IMG/VR virus record: IMGVR_UViG_3300020138_000006 | Coordinates: 16,880 to 80,879 of that record | Length of the DNA stretch: 64,000 nt | Source: a virus | Taxonomy: Duplodnaviria; Caudoviricetes | Direction: 5' to 3' (one strand) | Shown here: positions 1 to 9,083 of the stretch, piece by piece | Numbering within the stretch: position 1 is the first letter of the stretch | How the letters are laid out: each line of letters starts with the position of its first letter | Made by a program: the position numbers and the translations under genes | The notes under the pieces: generated by a model | Told to the model about the DNA's origin: nothing | Seen by the model: the letters and a program-made list of their open reading frames with translations, nothing else | The model's database searches: none

Positions 1-2
1 CT

Positions 3-359
3 CCCTCGCTCGTGTTCATGCCCCGACACGTACAACTCGACAACGACTCGCAGTTCACCCAGCTCGTGATGGCTGCCCGTCAGCAGCGCGACCTGTCTCG
101 CGAGTCGTTCCTGGAGTTCATGGGTTACGACCAGGCGGCCGAGGCGCGTCGTGTCGAGCGCGAGGCAGTGGAGTACGACGACATCTTCAAGACGGTCGTT
201 CCGTTCTCGAAGGCCGGTGACGGGGGCGACGGGGAGCCGAGTGCAGTCGCTGGCGCCCGCGGCGGCCGTCCGCAGGGCGGTGGGTCTTCGCCCAGGTCGG
301 CGCAGGGTCAGGTCAAGAAGCGCACCGCATCCGGTGCGCCGTCCGTCGGAGGTTCGTGA
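3..359 (+). CDS. Portal protein, C-terminal part (runs off left edge)
   Basis: Frame open from the window edge; lies directly before protease/scaffold/capsid; low-complexity G/S-rich tail. Positional call. Confidence 0.6.
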   Translation, partial: PSLVFMPRHVQLDNDSQFTQLVMAARQQRDLSRESFLEFMGYDQAAEARRVEREAVEYDDIFKTVVPFSKAGDGGDGEPSAVAGARGGRPQGGGSSPRSAQGQVKKRTASGAPSVGGS

Positions 360-1213
360 TGACCGAGTCCATCGCAGAGATCAGGAACCGGCTCCGTCGC
401 AGCCAGCAGTCGGTTCGGGTGGCTCCTGTCGCGCCCGTGTCGACGGCGAGCCCTGCGCCGGTCTCTGCGGTAGCGCAGGCAGAGACGCACTCCTCCGCGT
501 TCGCGATCGAGGATGCGGGCAAGACGATCATCGCGACCGCTGTCGAGATGTCGTCGGCCCAGAGCTCCGACTTCTACCTGGACTTCCGGGGTCGCCTCGT
601 CGAGGCCGAACGGGCCAACGGGAACGGTGCGTTCTGGACGCAGGGCGATCTGCAGTTCGGCCTTCCGAGTGTCGCCTATGGGCCGCTCAACTGGGGGCAC
701 GATCCGAAGGCGGTCGTCGGCACGCTCCTCGACCCGTACCTGGTCTCGGCCGAGCAGGCTGCGGCATCCGGCCTGGGCCCTCACATCCAGACCGGCGCCC
801 GGTTCTGGTCGTATCTCGACCCGAGCAAGGCGAACGCTCTCCGTTCGTTCATCGAGCAGGGCAGGGCGTGGCTCTCGATGGAGTGCATCGCGCAGGGCGT
901 GGAGTGCGTCGGGCCCAACGGCTGCGGTCGCATGAACGACTACATCGCGGCGACGAACCGCACGAAGGACGCGTGCGAGCATGTCCGCGAGCGCTCGTCG
1001 TGGCGTCGCATGTTCAACCCCGTCTTCCAGGGTGCCGCCGTGATCGTTCCGCCGCAGCGCCCGGGCTGGGCGAACGCGGAGATCACCGAGGTGGTGCAGC
1101 AGGCGGAGCGTCAGCTGGAGGCGGCTTCGGCGCCGATCGATGGCTTGTCTGACGAGGACGCGGTCGCGATGGTGACGTCGATCCTACAGTGGTCGCGCCG
1201 CTCTCAGGCGTGA
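356..1213 (+). CDS. Putative capsid maturation protease
   Basis: 285 aa between portal and scaffold; LNWGHD...VVG and WLSMEC segments resemble phage prohead proteases; positional. Confidence 0.6.
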   Translation: MMTESIAEIRNRLRRSQQSVRVAPVAPVSTASPAPVSAVAQAETHSSAFAIEDAGKTIIATAVEMSSAQSSDFYLDFRGRLVEAERANGNGAFWTQGDLQFGLPSVAYGPLNWGHDPKAVVGTLLDPYLVSAEQAAASGLGPHIQTGARFWSYLDPSKANALRSFIEQGRAWLSMECIAQGVECVGPNGCGRMNDYIAATNRTKDACEHVRERSSWRRMFNPVFQGAAVIVPPQRPGWANAEITEVVQQAERQLEAASAPIDGLSDEDAVAMVTSILQWSRRSQA

Positions 1214-1218
1214 TGCGT

Positions 1219-1238
1219 TCTCCCCGCTAGCGCAAATC
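1219..1238. promoter_or_regulatory. Palindromic operator copy (consensus TTTCCGCGCTAGCGCGGAAA)
   Basis: TCTCCCCGCTAGCGCAAATC, 14/20 to consensus, intergenic upstream of scaffold gene. Confidence 0.6.
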
Positions 1239-1331
1239 GCAACACCTTCTTGCCGGTTCTCCAGAACCCTGTCGAGTGCTCCTCGCGAAGGCCCGTGGGC
1301 CTGAACTTCCAGACACGAGGAGGAATGGCTC

Positions 1332-1883
1332 ATGGCGATGCCCGAGCTGGCCGTCCCGCGAGAGACGGCGTCTGCTGCGCCTCGGGAGGTGGCTGAGGAG
1401 CGCACCTTCAAGGAGGACGAGCTCACGGCGATCCTCGCGGATCGCGTGGCCCGAGAGACCGCATCGAAGGACGAGGAGATCTCGGCCCTGAAGGCCAAGG
1501 TCGAGTCGCTGGAGACCGAGAAGTCGGAGCTTCAGACGAAGCTCGACGTCGAGGTCGCTCGCGCCGAGAAGGCGGAGAAGGACTTCGAGGACCACAAGGC
1601 CGAGGAGGCCCGCAAGGTCGAGGTCGCCGCTCGCAAGGACGAGCGCGTCAAGAAGGTGCGTGAGGTGGCCAGCCACCTGAAGCCGGAGTTCTTCTCCGAC
1701 GAGCGTGCCGAGCGTTGGGCCGCGATGGAGACCGCCGCATTCGACGGCTACATCGCCGATCTGAAGGACGCCTCCGGCAGCAAGACCGGCGCGTCCCGTG
1801 AGACCGCCGAGCAGACCGCGATGGGCGGCGCGACGCCGGAGCCGATCTCCGGCGCCAAGTTCTACGACTTCCTGGAGGGCTGA
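1332..1883 (+). CDS. Scaffolding protein
   Basis: E/K/A-rich coiled coil, immediately upstream of decoration and capsid genes. Confidence 0.75.
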   Translation: MAMPELAVPRETASAAPREVAEERTFKEDELTAILADRVARETASKDEEISALKAKVESLETEKSELQTKLDVEVARAEKAEKDFEDHKAEEARKVEVAARKDERVKKVREVASHLKPEFFSDERAERWAAMETAAFDGYIADLKDASGSKTGASRETAEQTAMGGATPEPISGAKFYDFLEG

Positions 1884-1884
1884 C

Positions 1885-2397
1885 GTGAGCGACTACGGGC
1901 TCAACTTCGGTTTCCGCCGCGACGAGCCCTCCGTCAAGGAGGGCCGCTACCGCGTCCCGGCATCGGGCGACTTCCGCATCGGTGACCTCGTCACCGTCGA
2001 CTTCACGAACCCCGGCTTCGTCACGAAGGCGGCAGCGAACGCGCGCTTCGAGGGCGGGGTCACGGGCCTCCTGATCCAGGAGGAGGGCTGGCACCCCTCG
2101 GTGTACGCGGCCCCGATCGTCGACTCGTTCGGTCGCGGCAAGGCCATCAACGGCCAGCCCGCTGCGATCTACACGGGCGACGGCCTGAAGATCTGGCTCC
2201 GCAACACGGGCTCCCAGACCCGTCCCGACGGCCGCCAGATCAGCTCGGTCACGGTCGTCGACCTCACGAGTGTCGTCCTCGGCGACCTCCTGAAGTGGGA
2301 CGGCGCCAAGTGGGCGCGGACCACGACCGACAGCCAGGGCGCCCTTCGGGTCGTCGGGCTGGAGGACAACTACGTCGAAGCCGTCGTTCGCGGCTGA
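1885..2397 (+). CDS. Head decoration/cement protein
   Basis: GTG at 1885 (MSDYGLNFGFRR); 170-aa beta-rich protein between scaffold and capsid. Confidence 0.6.
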   Translation: MSDYGLNFGFRRDEPSVKEGRYRVPASGDFRIGDLVTVDFTNPGFVTKAAANARFEGGVTGLLIQEEGWHPSVYAAPIVDSFGRGKAINGQPAAIYTGDGLKIWLRNTGSQTRPDGRQISSVTVVDLTSVVLGDLLKWDGAKWARTTTDSQGALRVVGLEDNYVEAVVRG

Positions 2398-2411
2398 GAG
2401 AGGGGAACACG

Positions 2412-3377
2412 ATGGCTACTTCTGTGCTGTCGCGCATGGCATCGATGATGCCGCGACGGGAGTTCGCCTCGCAGCAGCTCCGCGAGCAGTACGAGGCCGC
2501 GAAGCGGGCGCTGAACGAGGAGGCCAAGGAGAACTGGGGCAACCAGACCTGGCACCGCGAGCAGGCCGCGCTCGTCGCGACGAAGATCGACCAGGGGTTC
2601 AAGAACGAGAACATCCTCTCGTCCTACATCCCCACGCAGAACGTCGGCGCGGCCGACCAGGTCTTCATCGAGGAGACCCGCGGGATGAAGGTCTTCTGGA
2701 CCGCCCGCAACGGTCAGGTCGACCAGTCGCAGATCAAGACCGAGTCCTGGGAGATGTCCCGGGAGACGCTCGGCTGGCACGTCTCCGAGTTCGAGGACAA
2801 CTGGGAGAACGACTACGCCAAGATGGTCTCGACGCTGGTCAACTTCGCCGGCCAGCGTGAGGTCGCCGAGGTGAACCGTCGGATCTTCACGGCCCTCCAG
2901 GAGGCGGTGAGCAGCGCTTCCCCGTACTACGAGGACGCGTCGTCGACCGGTCTGACGCCGGCCGTGCTCAACCCCCTGCTGTCGGAGGTGGCGGACAACC
3001 CGCCCGCGAGCAACGTGGACTTCGCTCTGCCGCTCGCGATCGTGGGTCGCGCCGCCGCGATCGACCAGATCTCGGACTTCCCGAACTTCGCCAGCGAGGC
3101 TCGGGAGGAGATCCGCCTGCGGGGCCGCCTCGGCGTCTACCGTGCCGCGAACATCGTTCGCGTCACGAACTGGACGGACGAGGAGAACCTGCCGTACATC
3201 CCCGACGACGAGGTCTTCATCCTCGGCGGTGACTACGGCCGGTTCGTGAACTACGGCGGCTCGAAGGTCCGCGTCTGGACCGAGAACGAGACCGAGCACC
3301 TTCACCACAAGTCGCGGCGCGACGTCGGCGTGGCGATCTTCCGCCCGCAGTACGTCCGCCGGATCAAGGTGGCGTGA
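2412..3377 (+). CDS. Major capsid protein (HK97-type)
   Basis: ATG 2412 after GAGAGGGG RBS; 321 aa; position, size and a strong hairpin downstream. Confidence 0.8.
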   Translation: MATSVLSRMASMMPRREFASQQLREQYEAAKRALNEEAKENWGNQTWHREQAALVATKIDQGFKNENILSSYIPTQNVGAADQVFIEETRGMKVFWTARNGQVDQSQIKTESWEMSRETLGWHVSEFEDNWENDYAKMVSTLVNFAGQREVAEVNRRIFTALQEAVSSASPYYEDASSTGLTPAVLNPLLSEVADNPPASNVDFALPLAIVGRAAAIDQISDFPNFASEAREEIRLRGRLGVYRAANIVRVTNWTDEENLPYIPDDEVFILGGDYGRFVNYGGSKVRVWTENETEHLHHKSRRDVGVAIFRPQYVRRIKVA

Positions 3378-3396
3378 TCGGCCGAGTCGGGTCGTA

Positions 3397-3434
3397 GGCA
3401 GGGCCCCTGCACCTTCGGGTGTGGGGGCCCTGCC
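3397..3434 (+). terminator. Stem-loop after capsid gene
   Basis: 17-bp stem (2 G-U) closed by a C(TTCG)G tetraloop. Confidence 0.7.
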
Positions 3435-3468
3435 GTGTCGATCGCAAGGAGCGACGAAGGGAGCCGAC

Positions 3469-3720
3469 ATGGCCAAGTACACGGTGGGCAACACGCCGGT
3501 CAACCTGGGCGAGGGCGCCCAGCTCATCCAGAACCTCGGCACGGGGACTCTCTACATCGGCGGCGCTGACGTTGCCACGACGACCGGTGTGCGCGTCAAC
3601 GCCGGTGAGGCGCTCGTCGTCGGTGCCGGTGGAGGCCTGTGCTTCGGCATCTCGGACGGTTCGGCCGACGTCAGGACGCGAGCCGGGGCGCTCGGGATGG
3701 TCGCTGTCGCGAGCGCCTGA
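3469..3720 (+). CDS. Small G/V-rich virion-associated protein
   Basis: ATG 3469 after AAGGGAG; 83 aa, beta-strand-like. Confidence 0.65.
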   Translation: MAKYTVGNTPVNLGEGAQLIQNLGTGTLYIGGADVATTTGVRVNAGEALVVGAGGGLCFGISDGSADVRTRAGALGMVAVASA

Positions 3721-3816
3721 GACTGCTCACGGATCGACCCTCCGAGTTCTGTGCCCGGGGGGTCGATCTCTGTCTGTAGCGCCACTGGCGCCGGAACTGG
3801 GATCTAGGAGGAACAG

Positions 3817-4326
3817 ATGAGCGAGACCGGGGTCGAGACGACCTACAACGCCTTCGAGGTGGAGACCTGGGAGAAGAACACGCCGGGCGGCGTGTGGATC
3901 CTGTCCCTGAACGCTCGGGGTGACGAGCGACCGAAGCGGATCAAGGGCCCTTCCGGCTACCGCTTCAAGGTGCAGACCCGTGAGCGTGAGGCCAGCGGCG
4001 CCCGCTTCGTGTACCCGGCTCAGGACCCGTTCCTGAATGGCACGTTCAAGCGGGTCGACGTCAAGCCCGAGGCGGTCGTCCAGAAGGTCGAGGGCTACGA
4101 CGTCGAGAACGCGCTCAGCGACGCGGATCTCCTGGCGCTCCTGACGTCGACGGGCAACGCCTTCCAGTCGCGGGTCAAGAAGCTCACGGAGCGCAACGTG
4201 CGGCGCCTCGCGGATCTGTTCGAGGACGACGACAGCCGCGACCTCGCCAAGCGGTCCCAGGTGGACTTCGTGAAGCAGTACATCGCGGAGAACTACGCCA
4301 AGAGCGTCGTCATCACCGAGGACTGA
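3817..4326 (+). CDS. Hypothetical head-region protein
   Basis: 169 aa, strong RBS AGGAGG, typical codon usage. Confidence 0.75.
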   Translation: MSETGVETTYNAFEVETWEKNTPGGVWILSLNARGDERPKRIKGPSGYRFKVQTREREASGARFVYPAQDPFLNGTFKRVDVKPEAVVQKVEGYDVENALSDADLLALLTSTGNAFQSRVKKLTERNVRRLADLFEDDDSRDLAKRSQVDFVKQYIAENYAKSVVITED

Positions 4327-4333
4327 CACATCT

Positions 4334-4372
4334 CCTCGGCCCCGGAGCGGGTCAGCGACTCCGGGGCCGAGG
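4334..4372 (+). terminator. Stem-loop
   Basis: CCTCGGCCCCGGAG / CTCCGGGGCCGAGG 14-bp perfect stem, intergenic. Confidence 0.6.
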
Positions 4373-4396
4373 CCCTGCAGGTCGAGTGGAGCGAAC

Positions 4397-4873
4397 ATGA
4401 CGGACTTCAACGATCTCGTGGGCTCGTTCCAGCGCGAGGTGGCCCTCCCGGGGTCGTTCGCAACGACGTTCCCCCTGATGACCGACTCTGTCATCGTCGC
4501 AACCCTGATGGACGCATTTGCCGAGGCGCAGCTCGACGGCTTCTTCCACACGATGTCGCTGGACGTGGACAACGAGTCCGTGTCCCCGGACCTGAGCATC
4601 GCTGGCGGTGCCCTTGTCGTCATCTACGCGGGCATCCGGGTCTTGCGCCAGCAGATCCTCGCGGCAGGCTCGCGGATGGTGGCCAAGGCGGGTCCGGTGG
4701 AGTACCAGACGGAGCAGAGCGCCTCTGTCGCGAAGACGATCCTCGATCAGCTGCTGGCGCGTCGCAAGGAGCTCCTCACCACCACCGCGGCTACGCCGGT
4801 CTACCAGATCGACGGATACGCGGCTCGCGGGCTCGGCGGCTTCGCTGCGTACGAGTTCCCCAGGGGGTACTGA
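4397..4873 (+). CDS. Head-to-tail adaptor
   Basis: 158 aa, helical, ends ...GPVEYQTE...; position after capsid. Confidence 0.55.
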   Translation: MTDFNDLVGSFQREVALPGSFATTFPLMTDSVIVATLMDAFAEAQLDGFFHTMSLDVDNESVSPDLSIAGGALVVIYAGIRVLRQQILAAGSRMVAKAGPVEYQTEQSASVAKTILDQLLARRKELLTTTAATPVYQIDGYAARGLGGFAAYEFPRGY

Positions 4874-5325
4874 TGGCTCTCACGCTCCCTTCGTTCCCCG
4901 CCGCGGCCGTCCGCGAGAACCTGCGCATCCCGATGCGCATGGGCCTCCCGCAAGACGAGGCCATGTGGCCGGAGTTCGTCACGCTGTCGGTTTCCGCTAG
5001 CGGGGAAACCGACAGTCACGGCGTCCCCTGGGACCCCCGGGAGTCGATCGAGTCGACGAGCACCAGCGTGCGTCCCGTCTGCGCGATGGAGTGGCGTTCT
5101 GGCGGTGCGGATACGCACAACTTCGGGGTCACCGACGCGGCGGAGATCGTCTTCACACTCCTCGACGAGGAGTGGGCGCAGGTCGAGGGGTTCACCTACG
5201 TCAACGTGCGGCCGACCCTCTCGGGGGACCCGGTGCAGTTCCACTTCGTTCGCGTCCTGCAGGCGCTGAACCTCGACTCGGTCGGCGTGTGGCAGGTGCT
5301 CTGCAGCACGGAGGACACGCAGTGA
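4873..5325 (+). CDS. Head-to-tail stopper/closure protein
   Basis: 150 aa, translationally coupled; positional. Confidence 0.5.
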   Translation: MALTLPSFPAAAVRENLRIPMRMGLPQDEAMWPEFVTLSVSASGETDSHGVPWDPRESIESTSTSVRPVCAMEWRSGGADTHNFGVTDAAEIVFTLLDEEWAQVEGFTYVNVRPTLSGDPVQFHFVRVLQALNLDSVGVWQVLCSTEDTQ

Positions 5326-5819
5326 CACGCTTCGCCAGCCGGTACATCAAGCACTCGGTGGTGCAGGCGATCGAGACGTTCCTGGATGAGTTCGGATGGA
5401 CTGGCACCACGCCGAACTTCGGCACCACGCCCGTCGCTGTCATCGATCGCGAGCCGTCGAAGGATGATCTCGTCGCGACCGCTGGCAACACCGTGTTCGT
5501 CTCGTTCGGCGTCGAGGACGACCACCAGGACCTGCAGCTCGGCAGCGGGCTGCTCGAACGAGAGACGGTCTTCTTCGTCGACGTCGTCGGTCGGGACTCT
5601 TCAACCGCCCAGCTCATCGCGGAGGACTTGCGCGATCGAGTGACCGGGATCCGGGGCGGAACCCGCTACCTGCGACCGACCGACCACCAGGGCGCAGAGC
5701 TCCCGGGCTACCTGTGCGAGTTCGTGAACGTCATCATGCACGAGCCTCGTGGCGACCGGAAGAACTGGGTCACCGTGGACGGTGACGTCAGGGTCCAGTT
5801 CCCGGGGGAGGAGTCGTGA
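5322..5819 (+). CDS. Tail terminator-like protein
   Basis: GTG 5322; ...FFVDVVGRDSSTAQLIAEDLRDRV pattern typical of tail terminators. Confidence 0.55.
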   Translation: MTRFASRYIKHSVVQAIETFLDEFGWTGTTPNFGTTPVAVIDREPSKDDLVATAGNTVFVSFGVEDDHQDLQLGSGLLERETVFFVDVVGRDSSTAQLIAEDLRDRVTGIRGGTRYLRPTDHQGAELPGYLCEFVNVIMHEPRGDRKNWVTVDGDVRVQFPGEES

Positions 5820-6076
5820 GCGACCCCTCGTCGGACCTCCTGACCCGTCAGCGCCGTCGCCTCGTTGCGAGCATCCTCGGCCATGCGGAGCGGGAGTTCT
5901 ATCCCCAGCTCACGGAGCGTCAGCGTGAAGCCTTCCGCGAGAAGGTCCTTCAGGCGGCGGCAGCTTTCGGCGACCTAGCCACCGACCTCATCCGCGTCCA
6001 GTCGTCCGGCGTGTGGGTCAACGACGACGTCCTGGAGATCCTCGCCGAGATCAGCGAGCAGAGCCGGAACCGCTGA
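5816..6076 (+). CDS. Hypothetical neck-region protein
   Basis: 86 aa, coupled on both sides. Confidence 0.7.
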   Translation: MSDPSSDLLTRQRRRLVASILGHAEREFYPQLTERQREAFREKVLQAAAAFGDLATDLIRVQSSGVWVNDDVLEILAEISEQSRNR

Positions 6077-6849
6077 TGTCTGCGCCCAAGCTTCAGATTC
6101 GCTTCCCGCTCGACGACACCGGTCTGGCGATCTCGCTGTGGGTGTCGTCGACGACGGACAGGGGCTTCTTCGCTCAGCTCCAGAAGACCGAGACGCGCTA
6201 CTCGTGGAACAGGGTCATGGCCACGATGCAGAAGTTCTACGCGCAGGCGGCGCAGGAGCTCAACGAGCTCGCGGTGGAGGAGTTCAAGAAGAGCCGCAAG
6301 CGGCCGGGCGTGTCGACGAAGCGCCTAGAGAAGGCGCTTGTGGATCCGCGCAACATGCGCATCCTCCAGGACGGGTACCGTGTCGGGTATGGCCGGTTCA
6401 TGAAGACGAGTGAGGCGCGCTACTGGCGTCAGATCGACGAGGGCACGACGGTCCATGTCGGCCGCCTGCTTCCGGCCGGACTGTGGGGGGCGTCTCTCAA
6501 CGGCCGTTGGGCGGTGAGTGAGAAGGGCAACCGCTACGCGCTGACGAAGCCGCCGTATGCCCTGCCGGGAAAGTCGACCGGTGGTAAGTTCCAGCCGCTG
6601 TCGACGGCGACCAAGTCAGGCGTCCGCAGCGCGCGAGCGGAGTGGCGCCGTGACGGGGGCGAGGGGAGGTTCCCTCCTCGGCCGAGGATTCGCCGGGAGA
6701 TCGAGGCGGAGCACTACTACCACCGTGCGTATCTGCGGTGGTCGCGCACAAACCGCCCACTGAACCTGCTCGTCGCCGTCATGCGTGCAGAGTTCCGCTG
6801 GACGCAGCCGATCCGCTCGTACGACCAGCTGATGGCGGCCCTGACCTAG
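6076..6849 (+). CDS. Basic neck/tail-completion protein (HK97 gp10-like position)
   Basis: ATG 6076; 257 aa, R/K-rich; YWRQIDEGT segment; positional. Confidence 0.5.
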   Translation: MSAPKLQIRFPLDDTGLAISLWVSSTTDRGFFAQLQKTETRYSWNRVMATMQKFYAQAAQELNELAVEEFKKSRKRPGVSTKRLEKALVDPRNMRILQDGYRVGYGRFMKTSEARYWRQIDEGTTVHVGRLLPAGLWGASLNGRWAVSEKGNRYALTKPPYALPGKSTGGKFQPLSTATKSGVRSARAEWRRDGGEGRFPPRPRIRREIEAEHYYHRAYLRWSRTNRPLNLLVAVMRAEFRWTQPIRSYDQLMAALT

Positions 6850-7373
6850 AGGTTGTGGCTGAACAGGGACTCGGGCACCTGCTGCAGTGCGTCGCGCATC
6901 GTCGCGACCCAGTCGGAGATCTTCTCGCGGCTCTGCGTGGCCAGAGCGTCGCCGATCTTCCAGTCCGCCATGTCGGGATTCGGGCGTTCGGTCCCGTCGC
7001 ACATCCACGACCATGCTTCGACGGTTGCCGCTGCGTCGTGGCGGATCTTCCCGACACCATTCAGGACCGCTGCGGGCGTCGGCTCGTTCAGGCCGTCGAA
7101 CAGGTCCGCGAGGCGCCTCATCGATGGTTCGTTGAAAAGGTCCGGCGCGGCAGGGCTCTCGGTGAGGTACTCGAACAGCGCAGCGTCTTCCACCCTGCCC
7201 TGGAGGGCTTGCGACGAGATAACCATCTGTGTCTGCTGCCGAAAGATGAAGAGGTCCGTGTACTGGACCTGGCTCACGGCCATGTCCGCCCACCGGGCGA
7301 CCTCGTGGATGCTCGCGGGGACCTCGCGCTCGTTCATGCCGACATCTTCGTGCGCGAGGGGACGGCACATCAA
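6846..7373 (-). CDS. Hypothetical protein inverted within the structural operon
   Basis: 175-aa ORF filling the gap between neck and major tail genes; start could be 7373, 7370 or 7337. Confidence 0.6.
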   Translation of the reverse strand: MMCRPLAHEDVGMNEREVPASIHEVARWADMAVSQVQYTDLFIFRQQTQMVISSQALQGRVEDAALFEYLTESPAAPDLFNEPSMRRLADLFDGLNEPTPAAVLNGVGKIRHDAAATVEAWSWMCDGTERPNPDMADWKIGDALATQSREKISDWVATMRDALQQVPESLFSHNL

Positions 7374-7383
7374 GGCGTTGCGA

Positions 7384-7403
7384 TCTCCGCGCTAGCGCAA
7401 AGC
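7384..7403. promoter_or_regulatory. Palindromic operator copy
   Basis: TCTCCGCGCTAGCGCAAAGC, 15/20; between the inverted gene and the major tail gene. Confidence 0.65.
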
Positions 7404-7492
7404 GCTTGCTGACACGGCTACCTCGATGTCGAGTGCACCGGTTGACGACATCGGGCCCGCCCTCGGGCCTAGAGAGGCTTGGAGGTTAGCCC

Positions 7493-8983
7493 GTGGCTCT
7501 GAAGGCCGGAAGCCTGGTTAGCGTCGCCAACGGCGAGGTGCTCCTGGAGCGCCTGCAGTCTGGCGGCCCCGGGACCCTGAACATCCCCAAGGAGAAGATC
7601 TACGAGCTCGGCAACTACGAGTCCGTCGCGACCGTTCGCGACACTCCCGAGCTGACCTTCTCGCTGGAGTCGTACGACGTCTCGCTCGACACCGAGCAGG
7701 CCCTCGTCGACGCCACCACCGCAGACATGCTGCAGAACGGCATCGATCTCGCGAAGTCGAAGCCGCTCAACGTCGCGCAGAACTGGAAGCCGGGCAAGAA
7801 GCTCGCCGACCCGTTCCGTGCGGTCGCTGGCGTCGGGCTGCCGTACCTGACGATCGAGTCGGCGAGCTACCGGTTCGGCGTGCGCGACAACGCGACGCAG
7901 ACGTTCTCGCTGAAGTCCGACTCGATCTACTTCTGTGGGTCGCCGGTCTACATCGACCGCTACCAGGGCTCCGGCGTCGCGGGCCAGACGTGCGTCACCA
8001 CGCACCCCGGCCTGCCCTACACGGACGCCAACGGCACGCGTCGCATCCTCGCTGTCACGGCTGGCCTGAACCGCCTCACCGAGGGCCCCGACTACACGGT
8101 CGCGTACGGGACCCTGTCGGACAACGCGGCCATCGCGACGGTGACGATCACCCAGGCGGTGCCCGCGACCGAGTCGATCCACATCACCTACCACTCGCCG
8201 GACCCGATCGACTACCCGCAGACGGTGCACACTCCCGCGACGCTGAAGCCCGCCGCCGTCAAGGGCCGCGACATCGACATCTACGTCGGCGGCTACGACC
8301 CGGACGACCCCGTGAGCTCGGCAGCGAACAAGCTCACCGGCATCCAGGACATCACGATCGAGTGGCGTGTCACGCAGGAGGAGGAGCGTGAGATGGGCAA
8401 CCCCAACGCCGTCTCGCGCGACTTCGACGTGCCGACGGTGTCGGGGACGGTCACGTTCCAGCCCCGCAACGTCAGCGACCTGATGGCCAAGCTCCGCAAG
8501 ATCACGGGTGTCGTCGACCAGGACGCCGCGATCGGCCCGGACGTGGCAGCCCTCCTGCCGCTCGACGTCGTCATCAAGGACGCCGAGTCGGGTGGCGCCA
8601 CGTTGAAGCGCTTCAGCATCCCGGATGCACGCTTCTCGGTGCCCGGCTACAACCCCCGCGTCGAGCAGAACGTCTCGCTCTCGCTGGAGTGGGAGTCGGA
8701 CACGGGGGCGATGACGATCTACCGCGACCTCGGGGGCCCGGTCGTCACCGGCCTGTCGGCTGCGACCGGCGAGGAGGACGACGAGATCACGATCTCCGGC
8801 GTCAACTTCATCGGCGTCACGGGCGTCAAGTTCGGTGCCACGGCTGCGGCGGACTTCACGGTCGACAACCACCGCCAGATCACGGTCACCGTCCCGGCGG
8901 GGACCGGCTCGGTCGACGTCGCGGTCACGACGGCGATCGGCACCAGCGAGGCGAACGACGACACGGAGTTCACGTACGCCTGA
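7493..8983 (+). CDS. Major tail protein with C-terminal IPT/TIG Ig-like domain
   Basis: 496 aa before chaperones; C-terminal PVVTGLS..G.EDDEITISG.NF.GVTGVKFG...TVTVPAG.GSVDVAVTT is an IPT/TIG signature. Confidence 0.85.
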   Translation: MALKAGSLVSVANGEVLLERLQSGGPGTLNIPKEKIYELGNYESVATVRDTPELTFSLESYDVSLDTEQALVDATTADMLQNGIDLAKSKPLNVAQNWKPGKKLADPFRAVAGVGLPYLTIESASYRFGVRDNATQTFSLKSDSIYFCGSPVYIDRYQGSGVAGQTCVTTHPGLPYTDANGTRRILAVTAGLNRLTEGPDYTVAYGTLSDNAAIATVTITQAVPATESIHITYHSPDPIDYPQTVHTPATLKPAAVKGRDIDIYVGGYDPDDPVSSAANKLTGIQDITIEWRVTQEEEREMGNPNAVSRDFDVPTVSGTVTFQPRNVSDLMAKLRKITGVVDQDAAIGPDVAALLPLDVVIKDAESGGATLKRFSIPDARFSVPGYNPRVEQNVSLSLEWESDTGAMTIYRDLGGPVVTGLSAATGEEDDEITISGVNFIGVTGVKFGATAAADFTVDNHRQITVTVPAGTGSVDVAVTTAIGTSEANDDTEFTYA

Positions 8984-8999
8984 CCTACCGGTCCGGCGT

Positions 9000-9044
9000 G
9001 AAGGCCGGTCGAGTGCCTTGCAAGACGGGCCTCGACCGGCCTTC
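9000..9044 (+). terminator. Stem-loop after major tail gene
   Basis: GAAGGCCGGTCGAG / CTCGACCGGCCTTC 14-bp perfect stem. Confidence 0.7.
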
Positions 9045-9083
9045 GTCGTAGGAACTGGGTAGTACCGGGATCAGGAGGGCCAG

